In this document: in pieces, positions 56,001 to 64,000 of the stretch | Numbering within the stretch: position 1 is the first letter of the stretch | Layout: each line of letters begins with the position of its first letter | Virus record (IMG/VR): IMGVR_UViG_3300046005_001513 | Location: 6,384 to 70,383 of that record | Source of the DNA: a virus | Direction: 5' to 3' (one strand) | Length of the DNA stretch: 64,000 nt | Position numbers and translations under genes: made by a program | Notes under the pieces: model-generated | The model's input: only the letters and a program-made list of their open reading frames with translations | The model's database searches: none | Told to the model about the DNA's origin: nothing

Positions 56001-57071
56001 ACCAGTCCAGATTACCTTTGCATTCCAGTAAAACTGATCAAGTGCATATGGTTTACCTGCTGGACCATTAGATGTGTAGTAAGCCGTTTTCTTCCATGGG
56101 AAAGTCACGAGCATATCGTTTATCTTGAAAGAAGGGTCTCCCACTCCCCCTTTCTTGGACACACTCCCCATATCCGCACCACCCATGAGTGCTATAGAGT
56201 TGACGTTATCCTTTGTATCATTATTGATTACCCCTATAGCTTTACCCGCTTTAGTTTTAGCAAGTCGAAACGGTACACGGCAGACTTTAAAGTTCCACGG
56301 CTTGGGTCGTGAGGAATTCGTCTGGTAATGCAAGTCATCCCACACACAATAAGCAATTCCTCGGTATGCGGATAATCTATCAGCGTAACCAACCTCGTTT
56401 ACCAGTGCGTTCTGAGTAACAGGAACAACTGACGTTTGAGTCGTAGTTGTTGTCGTTGCTACGACTACTTTCTTCTCCTCTGTAGTCGATACAGGCGCAC
56501 TTGTAACTGGATCCGTAACTACTTTTGTTTCTACAAGAATCTGTATATCTTCTGCAACTAATGTTGTTGCTACATCCACATTACTCGGAGTAGCCATAAC
56601 AGTTGATCTTAAATGCTGTGCTAAGTCTTTTAAAGTGAAGGATGTAATCGGAACGTAAGCACTAGGTGAAGCTCCAAACGATGTAATAGCATTACGACTT
56701 TCTCCTGTACCTGCAACTAACTCAGCGAGACGTGTCATACGCGGTTGGGAATACCCACCATTTGCTAAGTACACGGTACTCCCATTAGCCGTACCCGACA
56801 CACCCACGCCACCTTCTCGCTTAACCCCACCATAGATATTTGGATGCTCTACATTCACAGAAAGTAAATCATCCGTGTTATAACTCCCATCACTTCTTAA
56901 AGATGGTCGCAAACTAGTTTGTTCTATATCATTTTTACCATGAATAATGACGTTTTCATACGAGCGAATATCTTTTACATAATCTACGGGTCCTTTACAA
57001 ATGGCTAACTGCATACTCAAAAAGTAATGATAACCAATGGTTATGGGACCGCCTGACTCTTTACCGCCCAT
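53055..57071 (-). CDS. tail tip/central fibre protein (gpJ/Phage-tail_3-like)
   Basis: GYHYF..ICKGPVD, GGVKREGG, AYRGIA, ANPALII, AARDL..SQPL. Confidence 0.88.
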   Translation of the reverse strand: MGGKESGGPITIGYHYFLSMQLAICKGPVDYVKDIRSYENVIIHGKNDIEQTSLRPSLRSDGSYNTDDLLSVNVEHPNIYGGVKREGGVGVSGTANGSTVYLANGGYSQPRMTRLAELVAGTGESRNAITSFGASPSAYVPITSFTLKDLAQHLRSTVMATPSNVDVATTLVAEDIQILVETKVVTDPVTSAPVSTTEEKKVVVATTTTTTQTSVVPVTQNALVNEVGYADRLSAYRGIAYCVWDDLHYQTNSSRPKPWNFKVCRVPFRLAKTKAGKAIGVINNDTKDNVNSIALMGGADMGSVSKKGGVGDPSFKINDMLVTFPWKKTAYYTSNGPAGKPYALDQFYWNAKVIWTGRKITADSGVKTVVPPSVVSWAYYELTTGLNESGTSSQVWVKLEWTQAFCAAISSSYYASAEVMFSQADKLAEIASQSVASNDGRKASHEEANPALIILECLVSPEYGMSYPLEFIDFDSFEFAAETLATEEFGMSAVWENNATVEDFISTVIQTINAVLYVHPLTSKFTLQLIRKWTGNKKLANEYNVLEMRSFARPAISELTNQVTLQWTDAILGTQRSMTVHNTAMREMQGGIIGTIRNYVGITSDKLANQLAARDLAILSQPLATVELIVNRDFMDSHLGEVIEFHWLDLGIESMILRIVDIGYGLIEDGRITLKCVEDVYNVGIASFIPMSEPEMAAVKTDTAHIPVEYDLVNLNYVDLLRLRLQAGATTSFDYVDTSGGAIAAFCGAKTENEKIFELAVRSTIGTGIIEVDNTPSDYTHPENSKLYRTIGVYDTVPYAETSVLAHRHETVIHLNVEVSLLLQTVKGQDVYAYCNGEYLQIIEFGVNYETVTVGRGCISSVPQEIPVGSTIWFYSQDLDKVTIDIEWVAKQQIGGTMFPVSNNNRLKDENAPPTKVVTVNSNWANPYPPASIGVESDDSGYMRIHWKHRDAVAQQDKLLSESDAGMPRRPGIYYAIRVLTTDGNLTPNPMNIPRYVGAKNVTGGFDTEYVTYDMVDNWWALPVVVVAVKAVEGELHSDWAYVEYNTVTNTVTNKSYPQSFFGTFTPVTMDLMTKLRVEVSGDFDYDPDQSRYEFEGEELKLSFKTNINTILEDEKMFHSQEELDSWFKRYRIDFYNLETVVPKLNSSGVVIPGEFTSPILVTKYTKEDYFNYVLHDNASDHKNAAQVHDNLPSPTFGFMVYVEDIHGNLSLAHSTVKTKAGETFNTPDSFTTVTSSTGLKVPSNAPRQGLVAILGTTATLTRDATISKDVNYYYVRKGTVTAVDVTPVYKFNVLGATVIDSVLDMTGLDVIHPKTLDITRLEMDTITNLTKEVQVTK

Positions 57072-57259
57072 TATGCAACTCCTTCTTTATATTTGATAAT
57101 TTTGGATATAAAAGCATCACCTTTTAAATGTTCAACTTCTTGCACAGTATATCCTTCCCTTAATAACTTTTTGAAATCCAAGCCGAGAGTTTCAGCGTGG
57201 TACTTAATGCCCTTTACACAGAATCCTGCTGCTCTAACATCTTCGATTGTGACTATCAT
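57071..57259 (-). CDS. conserved small tail assembly protein
   Basis: VTIEDVRAAGFCVKG..GLDFKKLLREG. Confidence 0.8.
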   Translation of the reverse strand: MIVTIEDVRAAGFCVKGIKYHAETLGLDFKKLLREGYTVQEVEHLKGDAFISKIIKYKEGVA

Positions 57260-57507
57260 TGTACGTTAACACGGTTAGGTAACGCTCTTGGATTACCCCA
57301 CCAAACTACATTCGGCGTAGTAATTACTCGAGTACCAAATACAATTGGTACAGCCTTCCCTTGTTCAGCTGTTGGTATGTAACTGATATTCTGTGCAGGT
57401 GGGACAGGTGGTTCTGGCGTTTTTGCTGTCATCATTTGGTAAATACTAATCCCCATAGATATAACGCCCAGTACGATACCAACTATTGCTACGACAACCC
57501 AAGACAT
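57256..57507 (-). CDS. small tail assembly protein
   Basis: PTAEQGKAVPIVFGTRVITTPNVVWWG. Confidence 0.82.
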   Translation of the reverse strand: MSWVVVAIVGIVLGVISMGISIYQMMTAKTPEPPVPPAQNISYIPTAEQGKAVPIVFGTRVITTPNVVWWGNPRALPNRVNVQ

Positions 57508-57938
57508 AACGTATCTCCTTTATATTTCTGTTCAAATTCCTTAAAGGTATCTGAAACTAATTCTTCTTCAATCAAGTTTAAATCACTCTCATGTGTGTGA
57601 TGTATATTCAAAAATAGACTATCCTCAAGTGCATGACACATACGCTTTGTCCCAGGTGCATCAATAGTCGTATTTGGTGCGGTTATCGTCACTGTTGTTA
57701 AACCGTCAGTTACATCTAATTTTCCCTTCAGCAATACTGAAATCTTTGGTGCGTTATGTATCTTCCCGACTAACCAAGTTCCCTTTGGTATGAACAGGCA
57801 TCTCACGTACACGCCAGGAATCCTGTAGTGTTCTACAGGTAATTCACATGCTTCACCGCTTTCTTGCATTCGCTTTTCAATCTCTAACATCCACGGCATA
57901 TCTCCTCGTGACTGTAAAATTTCAGCTAATCCATTCAT
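57489..57938 (-). CDS. cupin-fold protein
   Basis: HYRIPGVYVRCLFIPKGTWLVGKIH..PGTKR..ALEDS. Confidence 0.75.
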   Translation of the reverse strand: MNGLAEILQSRGDMPWMLEIEKRMQESGEACELPVEHYRIPGVYVRCLFIPKGTWLVGKIHNAPKISVLLKGKLDVTDGLTTVTITAPNTTIDAPGTKRMCHALEDSLFLNIHHTHESDLNLIEEELVSDTFKEFEQKYKGDTLCLGLS

Positions 57939-57940
57939 AC

Positions 57941-59275
57941 TTAACCCATAGGTACATGTGTACCTTCAAACGGATTTGATGGTGTTAACCAAGGGAATCC
58001 ACCAAAATTAAGAATGTTTCCTAATTTGGAGCAAGTTACAGTCGTGTGATCACAGCCTGGGTATATTTTCAAATTACCCTCAACAAGCTGGGCTACAGGG
58101 ATAGACCTGACTAAGTGAATTACTACTACACCAGATTCTTTCGTATGAGATGAGACCATATGGAGCGTTTTATCGGGGAGTTCTAACATCCCACCTGTAA
58201 ACCAGCCAGTTCCAGATGATACGACTTCGCCTGTAGTTCCATCAAGAACAGGGTTTAACAAATTAGTTCCTGCTTGACGAGCCGTAGTTTCTGCTGGTTG
58301 GGCTACCACGCCAGCATCCCGTATCTCCAAGCTATTTCTATATGAATTCAGCGTGTAATCCATCACTAAGTTAGCCTTTGTGCTTCTCGCTAATTTACAA
58401 GATGACATGTCATATAAAGCATGGCAGCAACTTGTTTCATAGTATTGACGTAACCCAAGACGTTTTATAGACACATAAAGCGAATCACAGTCGATTGACG
58501 CTTCAAACCCAGTAAAAGAACAGGCACTAACTCTACCGTGATACTGAACAATAAAATCGTAGTCACCATTCTTATTAACAAATCCTCTGTATGACCTGAC
58601 GAAAATAACAGTAGATGGCGTACCTGCTATGAACATCTTCGCTATATCATTATTCTTTGATACAGTGAGTGTTAACTGCCCTTTTGAAATATCCGTTGTT
58701 TGCCTGAGTTCTGATCGTCTAATCAGTTCAGGTGCATAGACATTCCCATTTATTTTTACAAGAAAATTACCCGATGTGTAACGATAGAATAATAATCCTT
58801 CTTCAAACCCTACCCCACCGTATGAAAACTCGTAAGCATCGATTGGCTCATTGACAGCTGATTTTTCATACTCAAGAAACAAGGCGTTACTAGCTAAAGT
58901 TGTAGATGTTGCAGGCGATACAGGTAAATTAGATACGGGAGGGACGTACACGCTAACATCAACAGAAAATGCTAAGGAGACAGGAATATCTATAGGTAAT
59001 TCACCTATATAAAATGCATCAGAAGTTAAGAAATCTAAAGTTACATTCCCAGTTATAAGCCCCACGGGTCTGCCTGGACCAGGATACACTCTCAGTGTTG
59101 CTGTACTCGGAGTATCTGCGATGATTAGTTCTGCTGTCCAGCCTGGAATACCAACACTACCTTCGGACATGTTGTTGTAAAATACATCCCCGACTAAAAT
59201 TACATCAGAATCAAGACTGAATTGCCCTGCTGCGGATGTATTTTCTTTAAACGGGCTAAAGGTTATTGTACTCAT
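57941..59275 (-). CDS. DUF2163/BR0599 tail tip protein (gpL-like, Cys cluster)
   Basis: CCHALYD..CKL, YPGCDHT..C..NFGGFPW. Confidence 0.88.
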   Translation of the reverse strand: MSTITFSPFKENTSAAGQFSLDSDVILVGDVFYNNMSEGSVGIPGWTAELIIADTPSTATLRVYPGPGRPVGLITGNVTLDFLTSDAFYIGELPIDIPVSLAFSVDVSVYVPPVSNLPVSPATSTTLASNALFLEYEKSAVNEPIDAYEFSYGGVGFEEGLLFYRYTSGNFLVKINGNVYAPELIRRSELRQTTDISKGQLTLTVSKNNDIAKMFIAGTPSTVIFVRSYRGFVNKNGDYDFIVQYHGRVSACSFTGFEASIDCDSLYVSIKRLGLRQYYETSCCHALYDMSSCKLARSTKANLVMDYTLNSYRNSLEIRDAGVVAQPAETTARQAGTNLLNPVLDGTTGEVVSSGTGWFTGGMLELPDKTLHMVSSHTKESGVVVIHLVRSIPVAQLVEGNLKIYPGCDHTTVTCSKLGNILNFGGFPWLTPSNPFEGTHVPMG

Positions 59276-59276
59276 G

Positions 59277-60683
59277 CTATTGCTGTATGTTTGTGAACGT
59301 GACGGAAGCCTGATACAAGTCAGGTGTAATCCAACTAATTTCTATTATATCAGAGTTAAACCTGCTTAACGTCAAGAAACTTATACTAATTACATCATCT
59401 TCAGTCCAATCAAACGGGAAAGGATCAGCACTTCCATTCGTTGCGAACACAGGTACAGTTTCTATGCCGTTATGTTCAACTGGCTGACCAAATTTACATA
59501 CAACAGGTTCTCTATTTTTAAATTTTACATAGAGAAATTTGGTGAGGTTAGCCAACGTGTATGCATCAGCAAGCCCTGCAGCTACAACTTGAAAGCTTTG
59601 TGTGACATGCGAATACTTAAACCCCTTTATTAGATTCATATCAGCTGTAAAACTCGGTAAGTAAAAGGCTTTAAGCTTTCCCTTCATTTGGTAAAACATA
59701 TCCCTAACCCCAAACGCACCTTTCCTGCCCACAAATGTAAACGTCCTTAGCGTATCAGAGTACATATGTAAGTCATACGCAACTGTTACACCCGTGCCGT
59801 AATCCAAAAGCGTAGTAGGTCTAATCAAATCCATACTTGCTGGAGTCACCCAATTTAACTCTTCATTGAATATAGGGTAGTCTCCGATCTTAGGCAATAC
59901 TTTGGCTATGTTTCGAGTATCCCCACCGTTTGGTTTAATATCCGCAGAGACCTTACCTGTAGCAGCTGCTGCTGAAATCATCGATAAGGATATTTTATCC
60001 CTTATACTTCCCTTGGATATTGGCACAATCCAGGGTGTGGTATTCAAATCCATTTCTACTTGATTCTTAAACCAAAGAATACCACCTGTTAACTCAAGTT
60101 CAACTTCTTCAGTATGCGCGTAGGACGCGAATAATATGTACTTACCAGGGACTAATTCACCGTCTGTTAAGAGATTTCCTGAGTCAACTAATGCGTGGGT
60201 TAATACCTTCATTAAATGCCATTGAGGAATCCCAATAGTTCTACCTTGTATGTAATTGACCTGATTCACAAAATGCTGGTACAGCTCAAAATACACGAGA
60301 ATGTCGTACTCAAGTTGTATCTTTGGGTAGTACACTAAACCATGACGAGTCTCACGACCATACCGTGATTGTAAAATGTCAGTGTGAAAACTTACCCTCT
60401 CTATAACTGGTGTTGTCCAGTTCGCCATAGGGTGTAACAATTCAGTAGTCGGCGAGTAATAAAGATAATGTAGCGCTCGGAGTTTTAGGGCTTTCAGTGT
60501 AGGCGAATCAAGGTAATCTGCTGTCATCGCCTCAGTTAAGTAATGCCGACAAATCATCGCAGGCAAATTAACAATTGTGAATCCACTTCGATTCGCCCAA
60601 AAACTTATCTCGACTTGTGCGGGGGTATAACTTGTACCAAAAATTTCGCCATACCCCAATAAAATCTGACTATTAGTAAGCAT
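59277..60683 (-). CDS. distal tail protein
   Basis: NWTTPVIERVSFHTDILQSRYGRETR; directly after tape measure. Confidence 0.75.
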   Translation of the reverse strand: MLTNSQILLGYGEIFGTSYTPAQVEISFWANRSGFTIVNLPAMICRHYLTEAMTADYLDSPTLKALKLRALHYLYYSPTTELLHPMANWTTPVIERVSFHTDILQSRYGRETRHGLVYYPKIQLEYDILVYFELYQHFVNQVNYIQGRTIGIPQWHLMKVLTHALVDSGNLLTDGELVPGKYILFASYAHTEEVELELTGGILWFKNQVEMDLNTTPWIVPISKGSIRDKISLSMISAAAATGKVSADIKPNGGDTRNIAKVLPKIGDYPIFNEELNWVTPASMDLIRPTTLLDYGTGVTVAYDLHMYSDTLRTFTFVGRKGAFGVRDMFYQMKGKLKAFYLPSFTADMNLIKGFKYSHVTQSFQVVAAGLADAYTLANLTKFLYVKFKNREPVVCKFGQPVEHNGIETVPVFATNGSADPFPFDWTEDDVISISFLTLSRFNSDIIEISWITPDLYQASVTFTNIQQ

Positions 60684-63600
60684 TATTTAACCACCTGTTT
60701 CATCATTGTACTATTACGTTTCATAAAGTTTACTAACACTTTTTCACCTTCTGAAGAATTTATAAAATCACCAACTCTTCGTTGGTCATCAACCATGACT
60801 ACTCGAATGTTAGTATCACCTGCTGGAGCTTGTTGTGCTGGAGCTGGTGCAGCATAGCCTAATCTGGATGGGCTTAATGTACCAACCGCACCACCCGTAG
60901 CGCGATGTACAGGCGCACGTGAAATAGCGTTCCAGTTATCCAAAACATCTTTACCAATATGCCGAACCGCGTCAGCTTTAATAACATATTCACCATTGGA
61001 TAACATAGCAGGAATAGAGTCTGACGTACCTGAGCCAGGACCAGTAATATAACCACCCGTGGCAGCGTTATACTGAACAGGTCCATCGAAAGTTGATGTC
61101 TCCATATTTATATCGCCAGCAATCGAGCCTAACCCACTAAAGGCTTTACCAGCTCCTGCTGCAAGACCTAATACAGAACTAGCAATTCCTGTCCACTTCT
61201 TTATCTGATCAAGCGTTGACTCTTTTTTGCTTACGCCTAATGCTGAGAATAACGTAGCTCCTAACCCAGTGACAAACCCATCAAGTTTGTCTCCCATTAC
61301 GTCAGTGAAGTCTGTGAATATCGTCTTTGTCTCATCCCAAGTTTTCGACATACCATCGAAAATACCTGTCTCAGCAGCCGTTCCGAGTGCATCTACAGCC
61401 GCACCACCACCACCCGCCATCGAGGTACCGTCTGTAAATTCACCAACAATCGAGGAAGTTTGGTCAGCCAATGGCGAAATCGTAACTCCCGATGCTGATG
61501 TGCTGTCAAATCTAGGTGCAGTTCCTTGATCTTGAATCAGTCCTTCTGACGGAGGTGGTGTTGTTCCACCAGATGTGTCAGTAAAGAAAGACTTTACTTT
61601 ATTAAACGCAGTCCCAATTAAACCTGTGGGAGACGTTGAAGCACCAGTCCCGCCCATTTTTTCTGGGAAGTTTGTGACTTCAGCATAAATAGGTTTTGTC
61701 GGAGCAGACCCTAAAGCATCAGAGAATAATCCTGTCACTTCCGCTTTGATTACATCTTTAACCGCACCCTCAATTAAGTCTTTTCCCGCTAACTGGAGTT
61801 TACCCGCAAAGCTTTCATTAAATGCAACCTTGTCGGCTGCCTTCTGCGCTTCGTTTATTTGGAACTGAGCTAGTTGCTCCGCTTGTACCTGAGCGTCCGT
61901 GGCGGCTTTTATTTGCGCTTCCTGAGCGACAGGGTCAACTTCGTTCATCCGTACTGATGCAATCTTTTGTGCTAGGTCAATACGATTTGTTTGTAAAAGG
62001 GCTAAGTCACCTTTCTTATCCATTACGTTTAGTAACGCATCAGTGGCTTCTTTCGTAGCAATCTTGAAGCCCAGCAACCCTTCAGCAGCCTTTATCGTAG
62101 AATCAGCAAGATCACCCGATACAGCATCAGCAAACTGCACAGCACGCGAAGTCAGATTCTTATCTAAATTCTTCAATGAGCCATTCAGGTTATCAATCTC
62201 AGCACCAATGTTACTCGCTGAAATTTGACCTAATTGATTTGCAAGGGTTGGCGCGAGATCCTCAGCCACAACACCCAGCTTGGCAATTTCTGCTCTCGCA
62301 ATATCAGCTTCTTTTCCTAACTGCTCAATGTCTAATTTCGCTTTTTCACTAATGTTTATATCCGTGGATTGGGCAGCAGGTTGTAATGTTGAAATTCTTT
62401 CAAGGTAATCAGCTAACTTCGCCTGCTGTGCACCCATGTCACGTGTGTTTTGAGCCTTCTGGTCTGAAAGGTACTGCGTATGTCCTAATGCGTCCTGACG
62501 ACCTTTTCTTGAAGCTCCTTCAATAGGCTTATCAACTACTTTAGATAATTTTGCTGCTTCCAAAGTATTGAATGACCCAACATCATGCAAGGCTTCTTTC
62601 GCTTTCTTCGCTTCATCTGCAGCATCAATCAAATCCTGAGCCTGATTTGTTTTGTCAGGGTTTGCCTTGATTTCTTCTATTTTCTTGAGTCTACGATCTT
62701 CAACTAACTTAGTTTTCTGTGCCTCAAGTTCATTGAACAGTGTTAAGTTTCCTGAGTCCTCTGCAACCTTTGAATTCGTATCATTCAACTCAATCGTTTT
62801 ATCCAGAACCTTCAGCTCAGTTTGGATATTTTTAAGAACTGATTCAATCGAGCGTTCTTTGATACGTTTAGCTAAATCTGTATTTTCTTTAGCAATCTTA
62901 GCAGTGATGTCATCACGTTCAGCTGTATCTTTCCCTAATTCCTTTTCAACATCGTTCCAGCTATAAGCAAGACTTTTCTGTAACTTATCATTAAGGTTGG
63001 CTACGATATGGGCAGTTCTTTCTTTATCCTTAGAGTCTAAAGCAGGGTCATGTTTATTAGCTGCTGCCAAGTTGTCCATTTCAACGCCAAGGTCTACAGC
63101 AGCCTTTTCGTGACTTCTATAAGTAGGGTCTGACTCATTAAACGGAACTCTAGCAGCTTCTATTTCACGTTTTTTCTTCGTCAGAGCAAATTCTGCATCG
63201 GACTTATCCTGCTGCCTTTTTAATTCTGCGACCTTTGCATCTGTCCCTAAACCATCACGTTCTTCGTTTGCATTGGTTCTGAATTTTTGGGTATGCTCCA
63301 GCTTCATAGCTGCCATACCATCTACGCCAGCTTTCTTCTCTGCATCAAAAGCGTCTAGTATCGGTTGTGCTTGTTTACCCGAAGAACCACCATGTTCCGC
63401 AATGTAATTGGCTTTTTTAATTTCAGCATCAGTAGACTGATTTCTAAACGCGACATACTTAGGATCGTTCTCATTAAACGGCGTTCTCCCATCAGTTCTA
63501 GTTAACTTAGACTGACTTTCAGCTTGGCTTATATCCGCATCTTGCTTTGCTTGTTGCGCTTTAGCAACAGCTGCTGCCCTTGCCTTATGTCCTACTTTGG

Positions 63601-64000
63601 TTTTTGGGAAATCTTGAGTGTTCTCTGCCCAGTCAATAGCACCGTTTAAGTCAACTAACTGTTTTTCATACAACTTTGCACTGAACTCAGCTCTTGCTGC
63701 ATCATTATCGTCATTCTTTTTATCCTTCTTAAAGTCAAGCTGCATCTGCGTCATTTCGAGTCTTCTTGCCTCGATTTCTACTGCGTTAGCTTCTGCGTAC
63801 CCCTGCTTTTTCCTCGCGTCTTCTGCTGCTTTTGTATTTTTAAGTATCGTTGAAGAATGTGACACATTTGGGGAAACTTTTAGATCCACCGTCTTTTCAG
63901 CATCAGGTAAATCTAATTTTCCCTGAGTTTGATTTTGACGAATCAAATCAGCCTTCATCGCATTGTATTCTTTTAATGCAGAATTGAACGGCTCAGGTAG
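60683..64000 (-). CDS. tape measure protein, 5'-truncated at window edge
   Basis: Ala/Lys/Glu helical; ATGGYITGPGSGTSDSIPAMLSNGEYV; frame stays open to base 64000. Confidence 0.9.
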   Translation of the reverse strand, partial: LPEPFNSALKEYNAMKADLIRQNQTQGKLDLPDAEKTVDLKVSPNVSHSSTILKNTKAAEDARKKQGYAEANAVEIEARRLEMTQMQLDFKKDKKNDDNDAARAEFSAKLYEKQLVDLNGAIDWAENTQDFPKTKVGHKARAAAVAKAQQAKQDADISQAESQSKLTRTDGRTPFNENDPKYVAFRNQSTDAEIKKANYIAEHGGSSGKQAQPILDAFDAEKKAGVDGMAAMKLEHTQKFRTNANEERDGLGTDAKVAELKRQQDKSDAEFALTKKKREIEAARVPFNESDPTYRSHEKAAVDLGVEMDNLAAANKHDPALDSKDKERTAHIVANLNDKLQKSLAYSWNDVEKELGKDTAERDDITAKIAKENTDLAKRIKERSIESVLKNIQTELKVLDKTIELNDTNSKVAEDSGNLTLFNELEAQKTKLVEDRRLKKIEEIKANPDKTNQAQDLIDAADEAKKAKEALHDVGSFNTLEAAKLSKVVDKPIEGASRKGRQDALGHTQYLSDQKAQNTRDMGAQQAKLADYLERISTLQPAAQSTDINISEKAKLDIEQLGKEADIARAEIAKLGVVAEDLAPTLANQLGQISASNIGAEIDNLNGSLKNLDKNLTSRAVQFADAVSGDLADSTIKAAEGLLGFKIATKEATDALLNVMDKKGDLALLQTNRIDLAQKIASVRMNEVDPVAQEAQIKAATDAQVQAEQLAQFQINEAQKAADKVAFNESFAGKLQLAGKDLIEGAVKDVIKAEVTGLFSDALGSAPTKPIYAEVTNFPEKMGGTGASTSPTGLIGTAFNKVKSFFTDTSGGTTPPPSEGLIQDQGTAPRFDSTSASGVTISPLADQTSSIVGEFTDGTSMAGGGGAAVDALGTAAETGIFDGMSKTWDETKTIFTDFTDVMGDKLDGFVTGLGATLFSALGVSKKESTLDQIKKWTGIASSVLGLAAGAGKAFSGLGSIAGDINMETSTFDGPVQYNAATGGYITGPGSGTSDSIPAMLSNGEYVIKADAVRHIGKDVLDNWNAISRAPVHRATGGAVGTLSPSRLGYAAPAPAQQAPAGDTNIRVVMVDDQRRVGDFINSSEGEKVLVNFMKRNSTMMKQVVK

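Noticed and set aside
36747-57071. Diversity-generating retroelement or invertible fibre shufflon
   Set aside because: No RT or invertase and no TR/VR repeat pair noticed by eye; a self-alignment would be decisive
387-63926. Numerous short antisense or nested ORFs in the track
   Set aside because: They are shadows of longer, motif-bearing genes on the coding strand
1-64000. Stop-codon reassignment
   Set aside because: Known genes are full length under the standard code, all three stops are used and no suppressor tRNA is seen

Overview
This 64-kb window looks like part of a large tailed (siphovirus-like) phage that probably also replicates as a plasmid (phage-plasmid). From 1 to ~34.3 kb nearly all genes are on the + strand. 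They begin with a mosaic early region (ArdA-like antirestriction, LPD1, RHH, Rha, ATP-dependent ligase, microproteins). A large replication/nucleotide kit follows: NrdA, SET-domain protein, primase-helicase, SNF2 helicase, HU, full-length PolA, Nudix, DEDDh exonuclease, resolvase, SbcD/SbcC, dATP/dGTP diphosphohydrolase, ThyX-like, HNH, NrdB. A plasmid module sits at 34.3-36.7 kb (Rep_3 initiator, 22-bp iterons, ParA, atypical partner). From 36.7 kb to the end, - strand genes encode the tail: partial tape measure, distal tail, BR0599/gpL-like, cupin, gpJ-like tip and many fibre/adhesin genes. The most unusual part is a ~1.7-kb RNA island (20.0-21.7 kb). It holds two real tRNAs, two tRNA-like RNAs with broken anticodon arms, four copies of a covarying small pseudoknot, a ~185-nt closed structured RNA and a kissing-hairpin pair. 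All family calls come from motif recognition by eye; no searches were run. Several starts were moved to RBS-supported codons.
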